DNA from: Kofleriaceae bacterium
GTDB taxonomy: Bacteria; Myxococcota_A; Polyangia; Haliangiales; Haliangiaceae
Direction: 5' to 3'
Assembly (NCBI GenBank): GCA_039922635.1
Contig: JBDTEH010000241.1
Coordinates: 7,672-71,671 of the forward strand
Length of the DNA: 64,000 nt
Position numbers and translations under genes: made by a program. The notes beneath the pieces are model-generated. The model made no database searches and was not told where the DNA came from. It worked only from the letters and a program-made list of their open reading frames with translations. How positions within the stretch are numbered: position 1 is the stretch's first letter; each line of letters begins with the position of its first letter. This document shows, in pieces, positions 1 through 9,950 of this stretch.

Positions 1-1
1 T

Positions 2-1279
2 GATTACTTCTCGGCGCTCGCCTCGGCGTCGGGCCACCTGACGATCGAGGAGCACGATCGGCTCGGCGATGCCGAGCTCGCGGGCAAGTACAAGGTCTCG
101 AAGGATGGCGAGGTCGTGCTCGTGAAGGGCACCGGCGATAAAGAGAAGTCGCAGACCATCGAGCTCGACACCGACATCGACAAGGCGCGCAAGGGCCAGA
201 GCAAGCTCCGGTCGTTCGATCGCGAGGTCAACTCGGCGCTCTTGAAGCTCGTCCGCGAGAAGCGCAAGGCGTACCTGATCGCGGGTCACGGCGAGGTCAC
301 GAACCCCGACACGATCCCGCCGGAGCTCAAGGGCAAGGTGCCGGAGCGCCACATGACGGTGTTCAGGCAGCGGCTCTCGCAGCTCAACTACGAGGTCAAG
401 GACTTGAACCCGATCGACCTGCTCCATGGCGTGCCCGATGACGCGACGCTCGTGATGCTGATGGCTCCGACGATCGCGCTGCAGCCCGCCGAGTGGGAGT
501 CGCTGTCGAAGTATCTCGACAAGGGCGGCCGCATGTTGATCGCGATGGATCCGAAGGGCGACCCGTCGCTGGGTCCGCTCGAAGGCAAGCTCGGCGTGAA
601 GTACGACCCGGCCTCGCTCACCGACGACCAGGCCTACCTCGCGCAGCGCGGCTCCCCGGCGGAGCGCCGGTTCGTGGCGACCACGCAGTTCTCCGCGCAC
701 CCGTCGACGACCTCGCTGTCGCGCGCCGCGAAGGGCCTCGTGCTCGTCGACTCCGGCACGTTCGAGGACGCGCCGGTGGTCGGCACGGACCACCCGAAGA
801 AGACCGTGACGATCCGGTCGATGGACTCGGCGTTCCTCGATCTCAACAACAACTATTCGTTCGACGCCGCCACCGAGAAGCGCCAGCGCTACAACCTGGC
901 CGAGGCGATCGAGGGGCCCAAGCTCAAAGGTGAGGATGGCAAGCCCAAGGACGGCTGGCGCGTGCTGGTGTTCGCGGACGCGGACATCTTCGCCGACGCG
1001 CTGGTCCAGAATGCGATGGGGCGCGCGGGCGTGTTGATGATCGCGCAGCTGTTCGGCGGCGACGTGCTCGACGATTCCGTGAAGTGGCTCGGCGGCGAAG
1101 AGGTGTTCGCCGGCGAAGTCGTCTCCGAAGACGACAAGGCTATCCAACACACCAAGAGCCAGGACGCGGTTTGGTTCACGCTGACGATCGTCGGCATGCC
1201 GCTCGTGGTGCTCGCGCTCGGTCTCCTGGGCACCTGGGCCCGCCGGCGCAAGAAGACGACAACCGAGGTGACGCCATGA
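2..1279 (+). CDS. gldG: GldG-like auxiliary component of an ABC-type (gliding-associated) transporter; 5' end off the window
   Basis: Frame 2 is open from nt 2, with no stop before the listed ORF at 116, so the gene is 5'-truncated. KAYLIAGHGE ... VPDDATLVMLMAPTIALQPAEWESLSKYLDKGGRMLIAMDP matches the ABC_transp_aux/GldG family pattern as I remember it. There is a C-terminal TM helix (VWFTLTIVGMPLVVLALGLLGTW) followed by RRRKK. A DUF4340-type gene follows with an ATGA overlap. Confidence 0.75.
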   Translation, partial: DYFSALASASGHLTIEEHDRLGDAELAGKYKVSKDGEVVLVKGTGDKEKSQTIELDTDIDKARKGQSKLRSFDREVNSALLKLVREKRKAYLIAGHGEVTNPDTIPPELKGKVPERHMTVFRQRLSQLNYEVKDLNPIDLLHGVPDDATLVMLMAPTIALQPAEWESLSKYLDKGGRMLIAMDPKGDPSLGPLEGKLGVKYDPASLTDDQAYLAQRGSPAERRFVATTQFSAHPSTTSLSRAAKGLVLVDSGTFEDAPVVGTDHPKKTVTIRSMDSAFLDLNNNYSFDAATEKRQRYNLAEAIEGPKLKGEDGKPKDGWRVLVFADADIFADALVQNAMGRAGVLMIAQLFGGDVLDDSVKWLGGEEVFAGEVVSEDDKAIQHTKSQDAVWFTLTIVGMPLVVLALGLLGTWARRRKKTTTEVTP

Positions 1280-2739
1280 GAGGAGCGCTGATTCATGGCG
1301 TCCTGCTCGCAGTGATGCTCGTATTCGGCTATCGCACGTGGACTCGCGACAAGACCTCCGCGCCGACGACCGGCGACGTGGTCATGTGGGACAAGGGCGC
1401 GAACGATCTGGTGTCGATCGAGTACAAGGCTCCGAAGAAGATCGTGAAGGTCGAGCACAAGGCCGACTACTGGTGGGGCACCGACACGACGATCGAGACC
1501 CGGCCCAAGCCGGAGCCGCCGAAGCCGGCCGGTGAGGGCTCGGGCTCGGGCTCGGCCGGATCGGGCGCCGGTTCGGGCGCCGGTTCGGGATCGGGTTCGG
1601 CCGCCGCGAAGCCGCCGGTCGAAGAAGAAGAGGTCAGCCGCAAGACCCACGAGTTCCCGCTCGGCGATGCCGGCGACAAGCTGATCAAGGAGTACACCGC
1701 GGCGCGCGCGTTGCGCGACCTCGGCGTGCCGAACGACGAGGCGAAGAAGGACTACAAGCTCGTCGATGCGAAGACCACGATCACCGTGACGTTCAAGGAT
1801 GGCGCCAAGACCTTCCTCGTCGGTGGTTCGGTCTACGGCGGTAGCGATCGCTACGTCGTCGACCAGGCGTCCGGCAAGGCGTACGTGTTCTCGAGGGATC
1901 TGATCTCGCCGCTCGAGATCGGCGAGTCGAGCCTGCACCTGTTGGATCCGCGCGGCTTCGATGCCGCGAAGATCGATCAGGTCGCGATCGAGGCGGGGGG
2001 CAAGTCCAAGTCGTTCATGCGGTTCGAGTCCGACCAGGATGGGACCAAGCGCAAGACCTGGGCGGACGTCGATACCAAGACCGCGAACACGCTCGCGGCG
2101 AACTTCATCGATGGCGTCAACAACCTGCGGCCGACCGAGTACAACACCACGGTCAAGCCGAGCGACATGCAGTCGGTGATGAAGCTGACGTACAAGAGCG
2201 ACAAGGGCGCCGTGCTCGGCACGTTGCAGCTGCTGCGCTACGAGAAGCCCGGCCAGCTCGCCGAGGGCCAGGAGCTCGATCCCGCGAACCCGCCGAAGGG
2301 CGAGACCGAGTACTTCATCCTGACCGAGAAGACCCGCGTGCCGGGGTTGGTCCGCAAGGACACGGCGCAGCGCACCGAGAACGACATCGAGAACGTGATG
2401 TCCGGCAAGACCGAACCGGCCGCGGCAGGGTCCGGCGCCGTGCACTCGATCGATCCGCACGGCAATCCGCTCGGCGTGCCGCATGCGATGGGCGCGGTGC
2501 CGCCGGTGCCACCGCACGCGATGGGCGCGGTGCCACCACACGCGATGGGCGCGGTGCCACCGGCCACGCCCGTGCCTCCACACGCGATGGGGGTGACCCC
2601 GCCGGCGGCTGGCTCGAGTGCCCCGCATGCGACGGGCGCGCTCCCGCCACACGCGGCCGCGGCCCCACCGCCGGCCCCAGCGGCCACGCCGAAGCCCGCG
2701 GTCCACGACGGCCCGGGCATGGCGCCGCACTCCCCGTAA
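1276..2739 (+). CDS. DUF4340-like membrane-anchored protein (usual partner of GldG)
   Basis: ATG at 1276 overlaps the gldG stop (ATGA). There is an N-terminal TM anchor (LIHGVLLAVMLVFGY), a GS-rich linker (about 1531-1608) and a Pro-rich C-terminus with HAMGAVPP repeats. The family assignment rests on position after GldG and overall architecture. The longer ORF from 1084 would overlap gldG by about 200 nt and is rejected. Confidence 0.6.
   Translation: MRGALIHGVLLAVMLVFGYRTWTRDKTSAPTTGDVVMWDKGANDLVSIEYKAPKKIVKVEHKADYWWGTDTTIETRPKPEPPKPAGEGSGSGSAGSGAGSGAGSGSGSAAAKPPVEEEEVSRKTHEFPLGDAGDKLIKEYTAARALRDLGVPNDEAKKDYKLVDAKTTITVTFKDGAKTFLVGGSVYGGSDRYVVDQASGKAYVFSRDLISPLEIGESSLHLLDPRGFDAAKIDQVAIEAGGKSKSFMRFESDQDGTKRKTWADVDTKTANTLAANFIDGVNNLRPTEYNTTVKPSDMQSVMKLTYKSDKGAVLGTLQLLRYEKPGQLAEGQELDPANPPKGETEYFILTEKTRVPGLVRKDTAQRTENDIENVMSGKTEPAAAGSGAVHSIDPHGNPLGVPHAMGAVPPVPPHAMGAVPPHAMGAVPPATPVPPHAMGVTPPAAGSSAPHATGALPPHAAAAPPPAPAATPKPAVHDGPGMAPHSP
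2479..2600 (+). repeat. In-frame imperfect tandem repeat encoding (P)HAMGAVPP, about 4 copies
   Basis: The string ccgcaYgcgatgggcgcggtgccRcc recurs four times. It translates to PHAMGAVPPVPPHAMGAVPPHAMGAVPPATPVPPHAMGVTPP. Confidence 0.8.
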
Positions 2740-2836
2740 GAAAATGCCATAGGGGGAGCCCTGCCCGATCGAGGGGCAGGCCCGTGGAATACAGGCAACC
2801 ACGAGCGCGGTCTGTGGTTCGTACTAAAGGAATTCC

Positions 2837-3928
2837 ATGCAAGCAATCCGCTCTCTCCTGTTCGCCGCTGTGGCCGGATTCGCGATCGTTCCCTCGGTCG
2901 CTCTTGCCGCGCCCAGTGGAATCCCGACTGATGGCTCGGTGGCCGATACGGCCGAGAAGGTGGTCGACAGCGTCGTCACGATCTCGACCTCGCAGCAGAT
3001 GAGGCTGTCGCCCGAGCAGCAGTTCTTCCTGCAAAACATGGGCAACGACGAGCGCGACCTCACGCAGCAAGCGCAGGGCTCGGGCGTGATCGTCACCGCG
3101 ACCGGTCGCGTGCTCACCAACGCGCACGTGATCGAGAACGCCGACACGATCAAGGTGACGCTGCCGAATGGCACGCAGGTCACCGCGAAGGTGATCGGCA
3201 AGGACGTCCACGCCGACCTCGCGGTGTTACAGCTCCAGGGCAAGCTGCCGGCGCTCAAGCCGATCACGTTCGGCGATTCGTCGGCGCTCCGGCTCGGCGA
3301 TATCGTGCTGGCGGTCGGCAACGGGCTCGGCGTTGGCAAGTCCGTGTCGATGGGCATCATCTCCGCCAAGGGGCTCGTCAACCTCGGGATCGAGGATTAC
3401 GAGGACTTCCTGCAGACCGACGCGACGATCAACCCCGGCAACTCCGGCGGCGCGCTGGTCAACCTCAAGGGCGAGCTGGTCGGCCTCAACACCGCGATCG
3501 CGTCGCGCAGTGGCGGCTCGCAGGGCATCGGCTTCGCGATCCCGACGAACATGGTGCGCCCGATCATGGAGGCGCTGATCCGCGACGGTAAGTTCACGCG
3601 TGGCTACCTCGGGGTCAGCATCGGCACCGTGACGCCCGAGGTCCTCAAGGCACACAAGCTCGGCGCCTCGCAGGGGGTCGTCGTCGGCGGCATCCAGCCC
3701 GATGGCCCGGCCGCGCGCACCGGCCTCGAGATGGGCGACGTCGTGACCGGCCTCGGCGGCAAGATCGTCAAGACCGACACCGAGCTGCGTACGCGGATCG
3801 CCGAGACCAAGCCCGGCACCGTGGTCGAGCTCGCGGTCGTCCATCAGGATGGTCGCAAGGACCTCGTGAAGGTCAAGCTCGGCGAGCTCCCCGAGCAGGC
3901 CTCGATGCTCCAGCGCCGCCGCCGCTAG
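2837..3928 (+). CDS. htrA: HtrA/DegP-family periplasmic serine protease with one PDZ domain
   Basis: Signal peptide MQAIRSLLFAAVAGFAIVPSVALA. The catalytic triad contexts are TNAHVI, DLAVLQL and GNSGGALVN. A PDZ-like segment (GYLGVSIG...GDVVTGLGGKIV) follows. Confidence 0.93.
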   Translation: MQAIRSLLFAAVAGFAIVPSVALAAPSGIPTDGSVADTAEKVVDSVVTISTSQQMRLSPEQQFFLQNMGNDERDLTQQAQGSGVIVTATGRVLTNAHVIENADTIKVTLPNGTQVTAKVIGKDVHADLAVLQLQGKLPALKPITFGDSSALRLGDIVLAVGNGLGVGKSVSMGIISAKGLVNLGIEDYEDFLQTDATINPGNSGGALVNLKGELVGLNTAIASRSGGSQGIGFAIPTNMVRPIMEALIRDGKFTRGYLGVSIGTVTPEVLKAHKLGASQGVVVGGIQPDGPAARTGLEMGDVVTGLGGKIVKTDTELRTRIAETKPGTVVELAVVHQDGRKDLVKVKLGELPEQASMLQRRRR

Positions 3929-3941
3929 GCGCCGCGCCCCA

Positions 3942-3972
3942 CAGCACGGTTTGCCGGGTCGGAACCGTGCTG
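3942..3972 (+). terminator. Hairpin downstream of htrA (10-bp stem, no U-tract)
   Basis: cagcacggtt (3942-3951) pairs with aaccgtgctg (3963-3972) across an 11-nt loop, 14 nt after the htrA stop. No T-run follows, so a function as an intrinsic terminator is uncertain. Confidence 0.4.
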
Positions 3973-4016
3973 GGTGAGCCGAGCATCCGCCAGCACTGCG
4001 CTATCGTTTCGAGTCC

Positions 4017-5960
4017 GTGAAGTGCCTGGCCGCCACCGCGCTCGTCGTCGTCGCGGCGTGTCGCGGCGCGAGCTATCCGGTCGTGCCCGGCGACACGGCG
4101 CTCGGCGTCTCCGCCGTCACGATCGCGCCGCGCAGCGACGAGCACCTCGAGCTCGACTACACGGTGCTGCGGAGCAACCTCGGCCTGCGCGCCAAGACGC
4201 TGATCCTTCCGGAGCGCGGCTGGAATCCGTACCGGCTCGCCGAGGATCGCCGCCGGATCGCCGCGTTCCTGATGGAGCACGGCCGGTTCGAGGCCGCGGT
4301 CGACGAGCCGCGGCTCGCGTGGAACCCGGCGCACACCGCGGTCGCGGTCGCGTGGACCGTGCACGAGGGCCCGGCGTACTCGATCGGCTCGGTCGAGCTC
4401 CGCGGCGCGCCGCCCGAGCTCGCCGGCGAGCTCCGCGCGCGGATCCCGTTCGGCCCCGGCGACCGCGTCGATATGCCGGTGGATCGCCAGCTCCGGTTCG
4501 AGCTCGCCGGCGAGCTCCAGGATCACGGCTACGCGCACGCGCGTGGCTACTCGCGCGCGTTCGTCGATCGCGGCGCGAAGACCGTCGCGTGGTTCTACTA
4601 CCTCGACCCCGGGCCACCGACGACGATCCGATCGCTGACGGTCGAGGGCAACGCGCACGTGCCGACCGAGGCGGTGCTCGCGCGGTCGGGGCTCGCCGCC
4701 GGCCAGCCGTTCTCGACCACGGTCGCGCGCCGCGCCAAGCTCGCGTTGCTCGACAGCGGTTCGTTCGCATCGGTCGAGGTCACGAGCGATGCGGACGTGC
4801 CGCACCTGCCGGAGTGGCCCGAATTCGGCGGCACGCTCGCGCCCGATCAGATCGGCGCCGACGGCTCGCTCGTGCCGCGGACGCTGCCCGCGGGCCTCGC
4901 GGTGCGCGTCGTCGTGGTCGAGTCGCCGCGCGACCAGGTCCGCGGCGAGCTTGGCGTCGAGGCCGACCCGACCCGGGTCGATACGTTCACCGGCGTTTAC
5001 GCGATCCTGCGCGATCTGTTCGGGCCGCAGCACCACCTCGTGCTCGACGGCAGCGCGGGATATGGCTGGATCATCGGCGATGATCACCGCGCGCAAGGCT
5101 GGTACGGCAGCGCGCTCGCGCAGTACGTCCATTCGCTCGAGGTCACCGACGTGCGGGTCACCGCGCGCTGGCGCGACGTGCTCTATCCGTGGGCGCTGTT
5201 GCGCGAGCTGGTCGCGGGCCCCGGGCTCCACCGCGTGCTCGCGCCCGGCGTGTTCGTCGATGGCGACGCGTTCGTGCGGTTCGGGCGCCAGCTCGACCAG
5301 CCCGCGCTCGTGATGCCGCCCGCGGAGCTCGAGCTCGCACCCGCGCGTGACTCGACCGGCCTCGACCTCGAGGCATCGCTGATCGCGGACCAGCGCGACG
5401 ACCGCGTCGAGCCGACGCGCGGGTGGTTGCTCGGCGCGACGGCGTCGTATTCCCCAGCGGGTGCCCTCGGCGACCATCGTTGGTTGCAGCTCACCGGCGA
5501 CGCGCGCGTGTTCGTGCCGCTCACGGACGCGTGGTCGCTCGGCCTGCGCGCCTCGGGCGGTTGGGTCGGCCTCGGCGGCGATGCCGGGATCCCGCTCGGG
5601 CCACGGCTGTTCGGCGGTGGCGCGTATGGCATGCGCGGCTTCGGGCGCGATCAGCTATCACCCGCCGTCGGCGCCGTGCTGGTCGGCGGCCGCAGCCTGG
5701 TCGAATCGACCGCGGAGCTGCGCTGGCTGCCGTTCCGCAAGCAGGTGGGCGCCGCCGCGTTCGTCGATGCAGGGCAGGCCGGCGCGGGCGCGAACCCGTT
5801 CGCGGCTGGGATCTCGCTCGCCGCCGGCGCCGGGGGACGGTTGCGGCTGTGGTACCTGCCGATCGCGCTCGATCTCGCGTATCGCGTGATCGACTCCGAT
5901 CGCGCGGGCCTGGCGTGGAACCGCGTGCTCGCGTTCGTGCGGGTGGGGGAGGCGTTTTGA
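4017..5960 (+). CDS. tamA: BamA/TamA-family (Omp85) outer-membrane protein with POTRA domains
   Basis: GTG start with lipoprotein-like signal MKCLAATALVVVAAC. POTRA-like segments are present (YSIGSVELRGAPPELAGELRARIPFGPGDRV). The C-terminal beta-barrel ends in ...VRVGEAF (terminal Phe beta-signal). A TamB-like gene follows immediately. Confidence 0.8.
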   Translation: MKCLAATALVVVAACRGASYPVVPGDTALGVSAVTIAPRSDEHLELDYTVLRSNLGLRAKTLILPERGWNPYRLAEDRRRIAAFLMEHGRFEAAVDEPRLAWNPAHTAVAVAWTVHEGPAYSIGSVELRGAPPELAGELRARIPFGPGDRVDMPVDRQLRFELAGELQDHGYAHARGYSRAFVDRGAKTVAWFYYLDPGPPTTIRSLTVEGNAHVPTEAVLARSGLAAGQPFSTTVARRAKLALLDSGSFASVEVTSDADVPHLPEWPEFGGTLAPDQIGADGSLVPRTLPAGLAVRVVVVESPRDQVRGELGVEADPTRVDTFTGVYAILRDLFGPQHHLVLDGSAGYGWIIGDDHRAQGWYGSALAQYVHSLEVTDVRVTARWRDVLYPWALLRELVAGPGLHRVLAPGVFVDGDAFVRFGRQLDQPALVMPPAELELAPARDSTGLDLEASLIADQRDDRVEPTRGWLLGATASYSPAGALGDHRWLQLTGDARVFVPLTDAWSLGLRASGGWVGLGGDAGIPLGPRLFGGGAYGMRGFGRDQLSPAVGAVLVGGRSLVESTAELRWLPFRKQVGAAAFVDAGQAGAGANPFAAGISLAAGAGGRLRLWYLPIALDLAYRVIDSDRAGLAWNRVLAFVRVGEAF

Positions 5961-8900
5961 ACCGCCGGGTCAAGCGCGTGCTGCGCTGGGTCCTGCGTGG
6001 CGTGCTCGCGCTCGTCGCGCTCGTGGTGATCCTCGTCGCGTTCCTGCACACGCCGTGGGGCAAGGCGTTCGTGCGGTGGCGGATCGAGGCCAAGCTCGCC
6101 GCCGCGGTCGATGGGTCGGTCTCGCTCGGTGCGGTCGACTATGGATGGTGGTTCGGCCACGTCGAGCTCGACCACCTCGCGTTCGCGAGCCGCGACGGCA
6201 AGCCGGTGCTCGCGATCGCGTCGGTGCGGCTCGCTCTCGATCCGATGAGCCTGGTGCGCGGTGCGCCGGTGATCGAGGATCTCGACGTCGCCGGCTTGAG
6301 CGCGACGATCGTGGAGACCGCCCGCGGCCGCACCAACCTCACCGGCTTGTTCAAGCCCACGGGCGCGCGGCCGCCGACCTCGGTCCGCATCGCGAAGCTG
6401 CACGTCGCGGGCGGCGCCACGTTCACGCGGTCCGACGGCGCGGCGTTCACGCTCGCCGATCTGGCGATCGAGGGCTCGCTGGCGGCGAGGCCCGGCGACG
6501 AGGCCCTCGACCTGGCGCTCGGCAGGCTCACCGCGACCGTCGTGGTCGCGGTGCCGAACACGGTGACGAAGCGGCTCGCGGTCTCGATCGGCCCGATCAC
6601 CGTGGCGCGGCGGGGCGGCACGCTCGACGTGTCGATCGCGAAGCTCGGGTTCGGCGCGCTCTCGGTCGGCGCGATCGACGTGCGGCTCGGGCTCGCCCAC
6701 GGCACGCTCGCCGGTGCCCAGTCGATCACACTCTCGCACGCGCGGCTCGATCACGCGCGGCTGCAGACCATGCTCGGGCGCGCGGTGTTCGCCGACGACG
6801 TCACGTTCGACGCCTCGCTCGCCGGCCCGCCCGACAAGCTGGTCGCGCAGGGCGCGGTGGCGACCGGCAAGGCGACGCTGACGCTCCAGGGCACGCTCGA
6901 TGTCTCGGACCTCGCACGGCCGCGTTACGACGTCGCGCTCGAGGGTCAGGGCACGAGTGCCGACGTGATGGCGGCTCCACCTCATGGCGTGCCGCCGATC
7001 GCGACCGACCTCCACCTCACCGTCGCGGGCAGCGGGTTGATCCCCCCCGATCTCGACGCCACCGTCGGGCTCGACCTCGGGCCGACGCGGATCGGCAAGC
7101 TCACCGTGGACCGCGTCACGGCACGCGCGCACGCACACGCGCACGGTCTCACGCTCGATCACCTCGAGGCGCACGGGCTCGGCTTCGCGATCACCGCGAG
7201 CGGCGACATCGACACCGAGACGATGCTGCACGCCACGGTCACGGTCGCCGGCACGCCGCCCGAGACGATCGAGGTGCTGCGCGCGGCCGGGATCGCGGTG
7301 TGGCACCGGATCCCCCCGATCTCGCAGCTCGCGGTGACCGTTCACGCGGCCGGCAAGCTCGATGGCAAGCTCGAGCTCGAGGTCGAGCCGGCGAAGCTGC
7401 GGATCGCCGGCGGTACCGTCGCGATCGGCGGCCGCGCGACGCTGGTCCATCGCGAGCTCACCGACGCGGCGACCAAGCTCGAGATCCGCGGGCTCGATCT
7501 CGGGGCGCTCGCACGGCTCGCGCATCGGCCCGCGCCGAAGCTGCACGGCGCGCTATCCGGCACGCTCTCGTTCGAGCGTACCCCCCGCGAAGAGCACGCC
7601 CGCGGCGATCTCGCGATCGCGTTGCGCGCCCCGGCGGTCACCCTCGAGGTTCGCGGTGCAGCGGATCTCGCGACCGCCGAACTGCACGCGCGCGTCGTCC
7701 GGCGCGCGGACCGTGCGGTGCTCGCGACCGTGACCGCGCGCGTCGCCCATCACGAGAGCATCCTGTTGCCGCGACGCGCGTGGCGGGTCGTGGTCGACGC
7801 ACCCTCGCGATCGTTCGCCGAGCTCGCGGCGCTCCTGCCTCCGGATGTTCGCGTCGCGCTGCCCGAAGGCGAGGTCGCGGTGCGCGCGGAGCTCGGCGGG
7901 ACTCCTGCGCGGCCACGCGGTAGCGCGGAGCTCGACGTTGATGTGGCGACGCCGGCCGGCCCGCAGCACGTCACGCTGCACGCCGAGATCGCACCGGGAC
8001 CGCACGGCACGCTCGTCACGACGCGCGGCGCGGTGACGAGCGCGGCGGCCGTGGGGACCGGCGCGGCGGCCACCCCGTTCGCCACGATCGCGGGGACGGT
8101 CACGCTGCCGAGTGCGTTCGTCGGTGCGCGGTTCGCTCCACGGCGCGTCGCCGCGGGGCTCGAGCTCTCCGAGCGCATCGAGGTCCCGGAGCGCCCGCTC
8201 GCGAGCGTGCCGCTCGTGCCCGCGGCGATCGCGGCGCTGGGAGGCACGATCGGCGGGCAGCTCGAGCTCCACGGCTCGCCGGCGGAGCTCGCGTTCGCCG
8301 GCACGTTCCGCTGGCGAGACTACCCGCTCGCCGGCGGCGGCCGTGGTGCGACGACGCTCGAGCTCGCCGGCACACCGGTGCACGTGCAGGCGACGCTCTC
8401 GCACGGGCCGCTGCAGGTGACCGCCGACGTCACGCGCGCGCACGAGCGGATCGCCGTGCGCGCCCGCGTCCGCAGCGAGCCGACCGCGCTGGTCCCGTTG
8501 CTGCCGGAATCGCTCGTGTCCGGGCTCGCGGGCGTGGATCCCGGCACGTTGCGCGCGGATCTCACGGCCGAGCTCGGGTTCGTGCAGCGCGGTCACGCGA
8601 TCGCTCTCGACGCCGCGACCCTCACCGGCTCGCTGTCGTTGCGCGGTGGTTCGGTCGCGCTGCCGCACACCGGGCGGCGCTGGCACGACCTCGAGCTCGA
8701 GCTCGCCGGTGATCCTCGCGGCCTCCGGATCGCGAAGCTCGCGGCGCACGAGACCGACGCGCAGGTCCGCGATCGGTCGCTCGAGATCTCCGGCCTGCTC
8801 GCGGTCGCAACCCAGCGCGATGCTTCCGGAGCGCTCGTGCTCCGCCCCGCGACCGGCGAGCTCGACATCGCGCTCCACGACTGGCTCGCGCTCGGCGCCG

Positions 8901-9928
8901 GATCGCCGCTGTTCAGCGACGCGCCGACCGCGAGCATCGATCTCGCGGCGCATGCGGTCGCCGATCTGCGTCCACCGATCGTGGCGATCGACGCGACCGT
9001 GTCGAAGCTCGACGTCCGCATTCCGGACCGTCTCGAGCGCTCGCATCAACCGGAGCAACAGAACGTCTCGGCCGACATCATCTTTCTCGATGGCCACAAC
9101 CGCCCGGGGGCGCTGCCCCTGCCGGTCGAGACCCGCGCGCACCCGAGAGCTGCGCTCGATGTCCGCATCCATCTTCCCGAGCCGGTGCACGTGTTGAAGG
9201 CACCGCTCGACCTCGATGCGCGCGGTGACCTGACAGTGACGGTGCGCGACACTGGTGTCGCGACGCGAGGTACGCTCGTCACCACCGGCGGCATGCTGCA
9301 GCTGTTCGGTCGCGATCATCGGGTCGTCGATGGCCAGCTCGTGTTCAGCGACGCGCATCCGCATGGCGAGTTCACGTTGCACTTCGCGCACGCGTTACCG
9401 CCCGACGCGCTGCGCGAGCTCTCGCGCATCGAGCCGGCGCGCGTCGCGATCACCGGCGCACCGGCCAAGCCGGTGGTCACGCTCGGCGGCGCTACCAACG
9501 TCACGCTCGACGAGGTGATGTCGATGTATCACGCGGGCCATCCGGTGTTCGAGGCGCCGCCGGGGCTGTACCCGAGCAGCACCGCCGAGGTGCCGCGTGG
9601 CGATCAAGAGCTCGTGTTCGGCTACATCGCGAGCGCGTTGCCGTCGTTCTTGTTCCTCGATCGGATCTTCGCGTGGGCAGATCCGAGCGAGCCGCGCGGA
9701 GGGTACGGCCGGATCCGGAACCTCGAGGCCGAGCGGTTCAGCGCGGATCGCAGCGCGCGCGTCCGCGTCGTCGGCCGGCCGACCACGCCCGGGCGCAGCA
9801 CCGCCGAGCTCCAGCTCGATCACCTGTGGCTCGATCGCGCGCGCGTGCTGTTCGGCGCCGGCCTGCGCGCGGGCGATCGGCTCGGCGGTGGGCTCGGCCT
9901 GGTCTTCGAATGGTCGAGCGCCGACTAG
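5957..9928 (+). CDS. tamB: TamB-like translocation/assembly module protein (DUF490-type C-terminus), about 1,320 aa
   Basis: TTG at 5957 overlaps the tamA stop (TTGA). There is an N-terminal TM anchor (VLRGVLALVALVVILVAFL), then a very long Ala/Leu/Thr-rich beta-rich body and a C-terminus resembling the TamB family. The ORF-track start at 5423 lies inside tamA and is rejected. The exact start is uncertain; GTG at 5978 is an alternative. Confidence 0.75.
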   Translation: MNRRVKRVLRWVLRGVLALVALVVILVAFLHTPWGKAFVRWRIEAKLAAAVDGSVSLGAVDYGWWFGHVELDHLAFASRDGKPVLAIASVRLALDPMSLVRGAPVIEDLDVAGLSATIVETARGRTNLTGLFKPTGARPPTSVRIAKLHVAGGATFTRSDGAAFTLADLAIEGSLAARPGDEALDLALGRLTATVVVAVPNTVTKRLAVSIGPITVARRGGTLDVSIAKLGFGALSVGAIDVRLGLAHGTLAGAQSITLSHARLDHARLQTMLGRAVFADDVTFDASLAGPPDKLVAQGAVATGKATLTLQGTLDVSDLARPRYDVALEGQGTSADVMAAPPHGVPPIATDLHLTVAGSGLIPPDLDATVGLDLGPTRIGKLTVDRVTARAHAHAHGLTLDHLEAHGLGFAITASGDIDTETMLHATVTVAGTPPETIEVLRAAGIAVWHRIPPISQLAVTVHAAGKLDGKLELEVEPAKLRIAGGTVAIGGRATLVHRELTDAATKLEIRGLDLGALARLAHRPAPKLHGALSGTLSFERTPREEHARGDLAIALRAPAVTLEVRGAADLATAELHARVVRRADRAVLATVTARVAHHESILLPRRAWRVVVDAPSRSFAELAALLPPDVRVALPEGEVAVRAELGGTPARPRGSAELDVDVATPAGPQHVTLHAEIAPGPHGTLVTTRGAVTSAAAVGTGAAATPFATIAGTVTLPSAFVGARFAPRRVAAGLELSERIEVPERPLASVPLVPAAIAALGGTIGGQLELHGSPAELAFAGTFRWRDYPLAGGGRGATTLELAGTPVHVQATLSHGPLQVTADVTRAHERIAVRARVRSEPTALVPLLPESLVSGLAGVDPGTLRADLTAELGFVQRGHAIALDAATLTGSLSLRGGSVALPHTGRRWHDLELELAGDPRGLRIAKLAAHETDAQVRDRSLEISGLLAVATQRDASGALVLRPATGELDIALHDWLALGAGSPLFSDAPTASIDLAAHAVADLRPPIVAIDATVSKLDVRIPDRLERSHQPEQQNVSADIIFLDGHNRPGALPLPVETRAHPRAALDVRIHLPEPVHVLKAPLDLDARGDLTVTVRDTGVATRGTLVTTGGMLQLFGRDHRVVDGQLVFSDAHPHGEFTLHFAHALPPDALRELSRIEPARVAITGAPAKPVVTLGGATNVTLDEVMSMYHAGHPVFEAPPGLYPSSTAEVPRGDQELVFGYIASALPSFLFLDRIFAWADPSEPRGGYGRIRNLEAERFSADRSARVRVVGRPTTPGRSTAELQLDHLWLDRARVLFGAGLRAGDRLGGGLGLVFEWSSAD

Positions 9929-9950
9929 GCTGCGTTCGCGAACCCGAGCG

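Noticed and set aside
889-2802. 637-aa minus-strand ORF antisense to gldG and the DUF4340 gene
   Set aside because: The translation is Arg/His/Gly-rich with no motifs. It fully overlaps two plus-strand genes that have clear family signatures. This is a typical high-GC antisense artefact.
3873-9391. Three long minus-strand ORFs (3873-5477, 5651-7546, 7553-9391) and several plus-strand alternates (3974-5083, 6055-7923)
   Set aside because: All are extremely Arg/Asp/Ala-rich and overlap the TamA/TamB-like genes, which have a signal peptide, POTRA domains, a beta-signal and a TM anchor. None has independent support.
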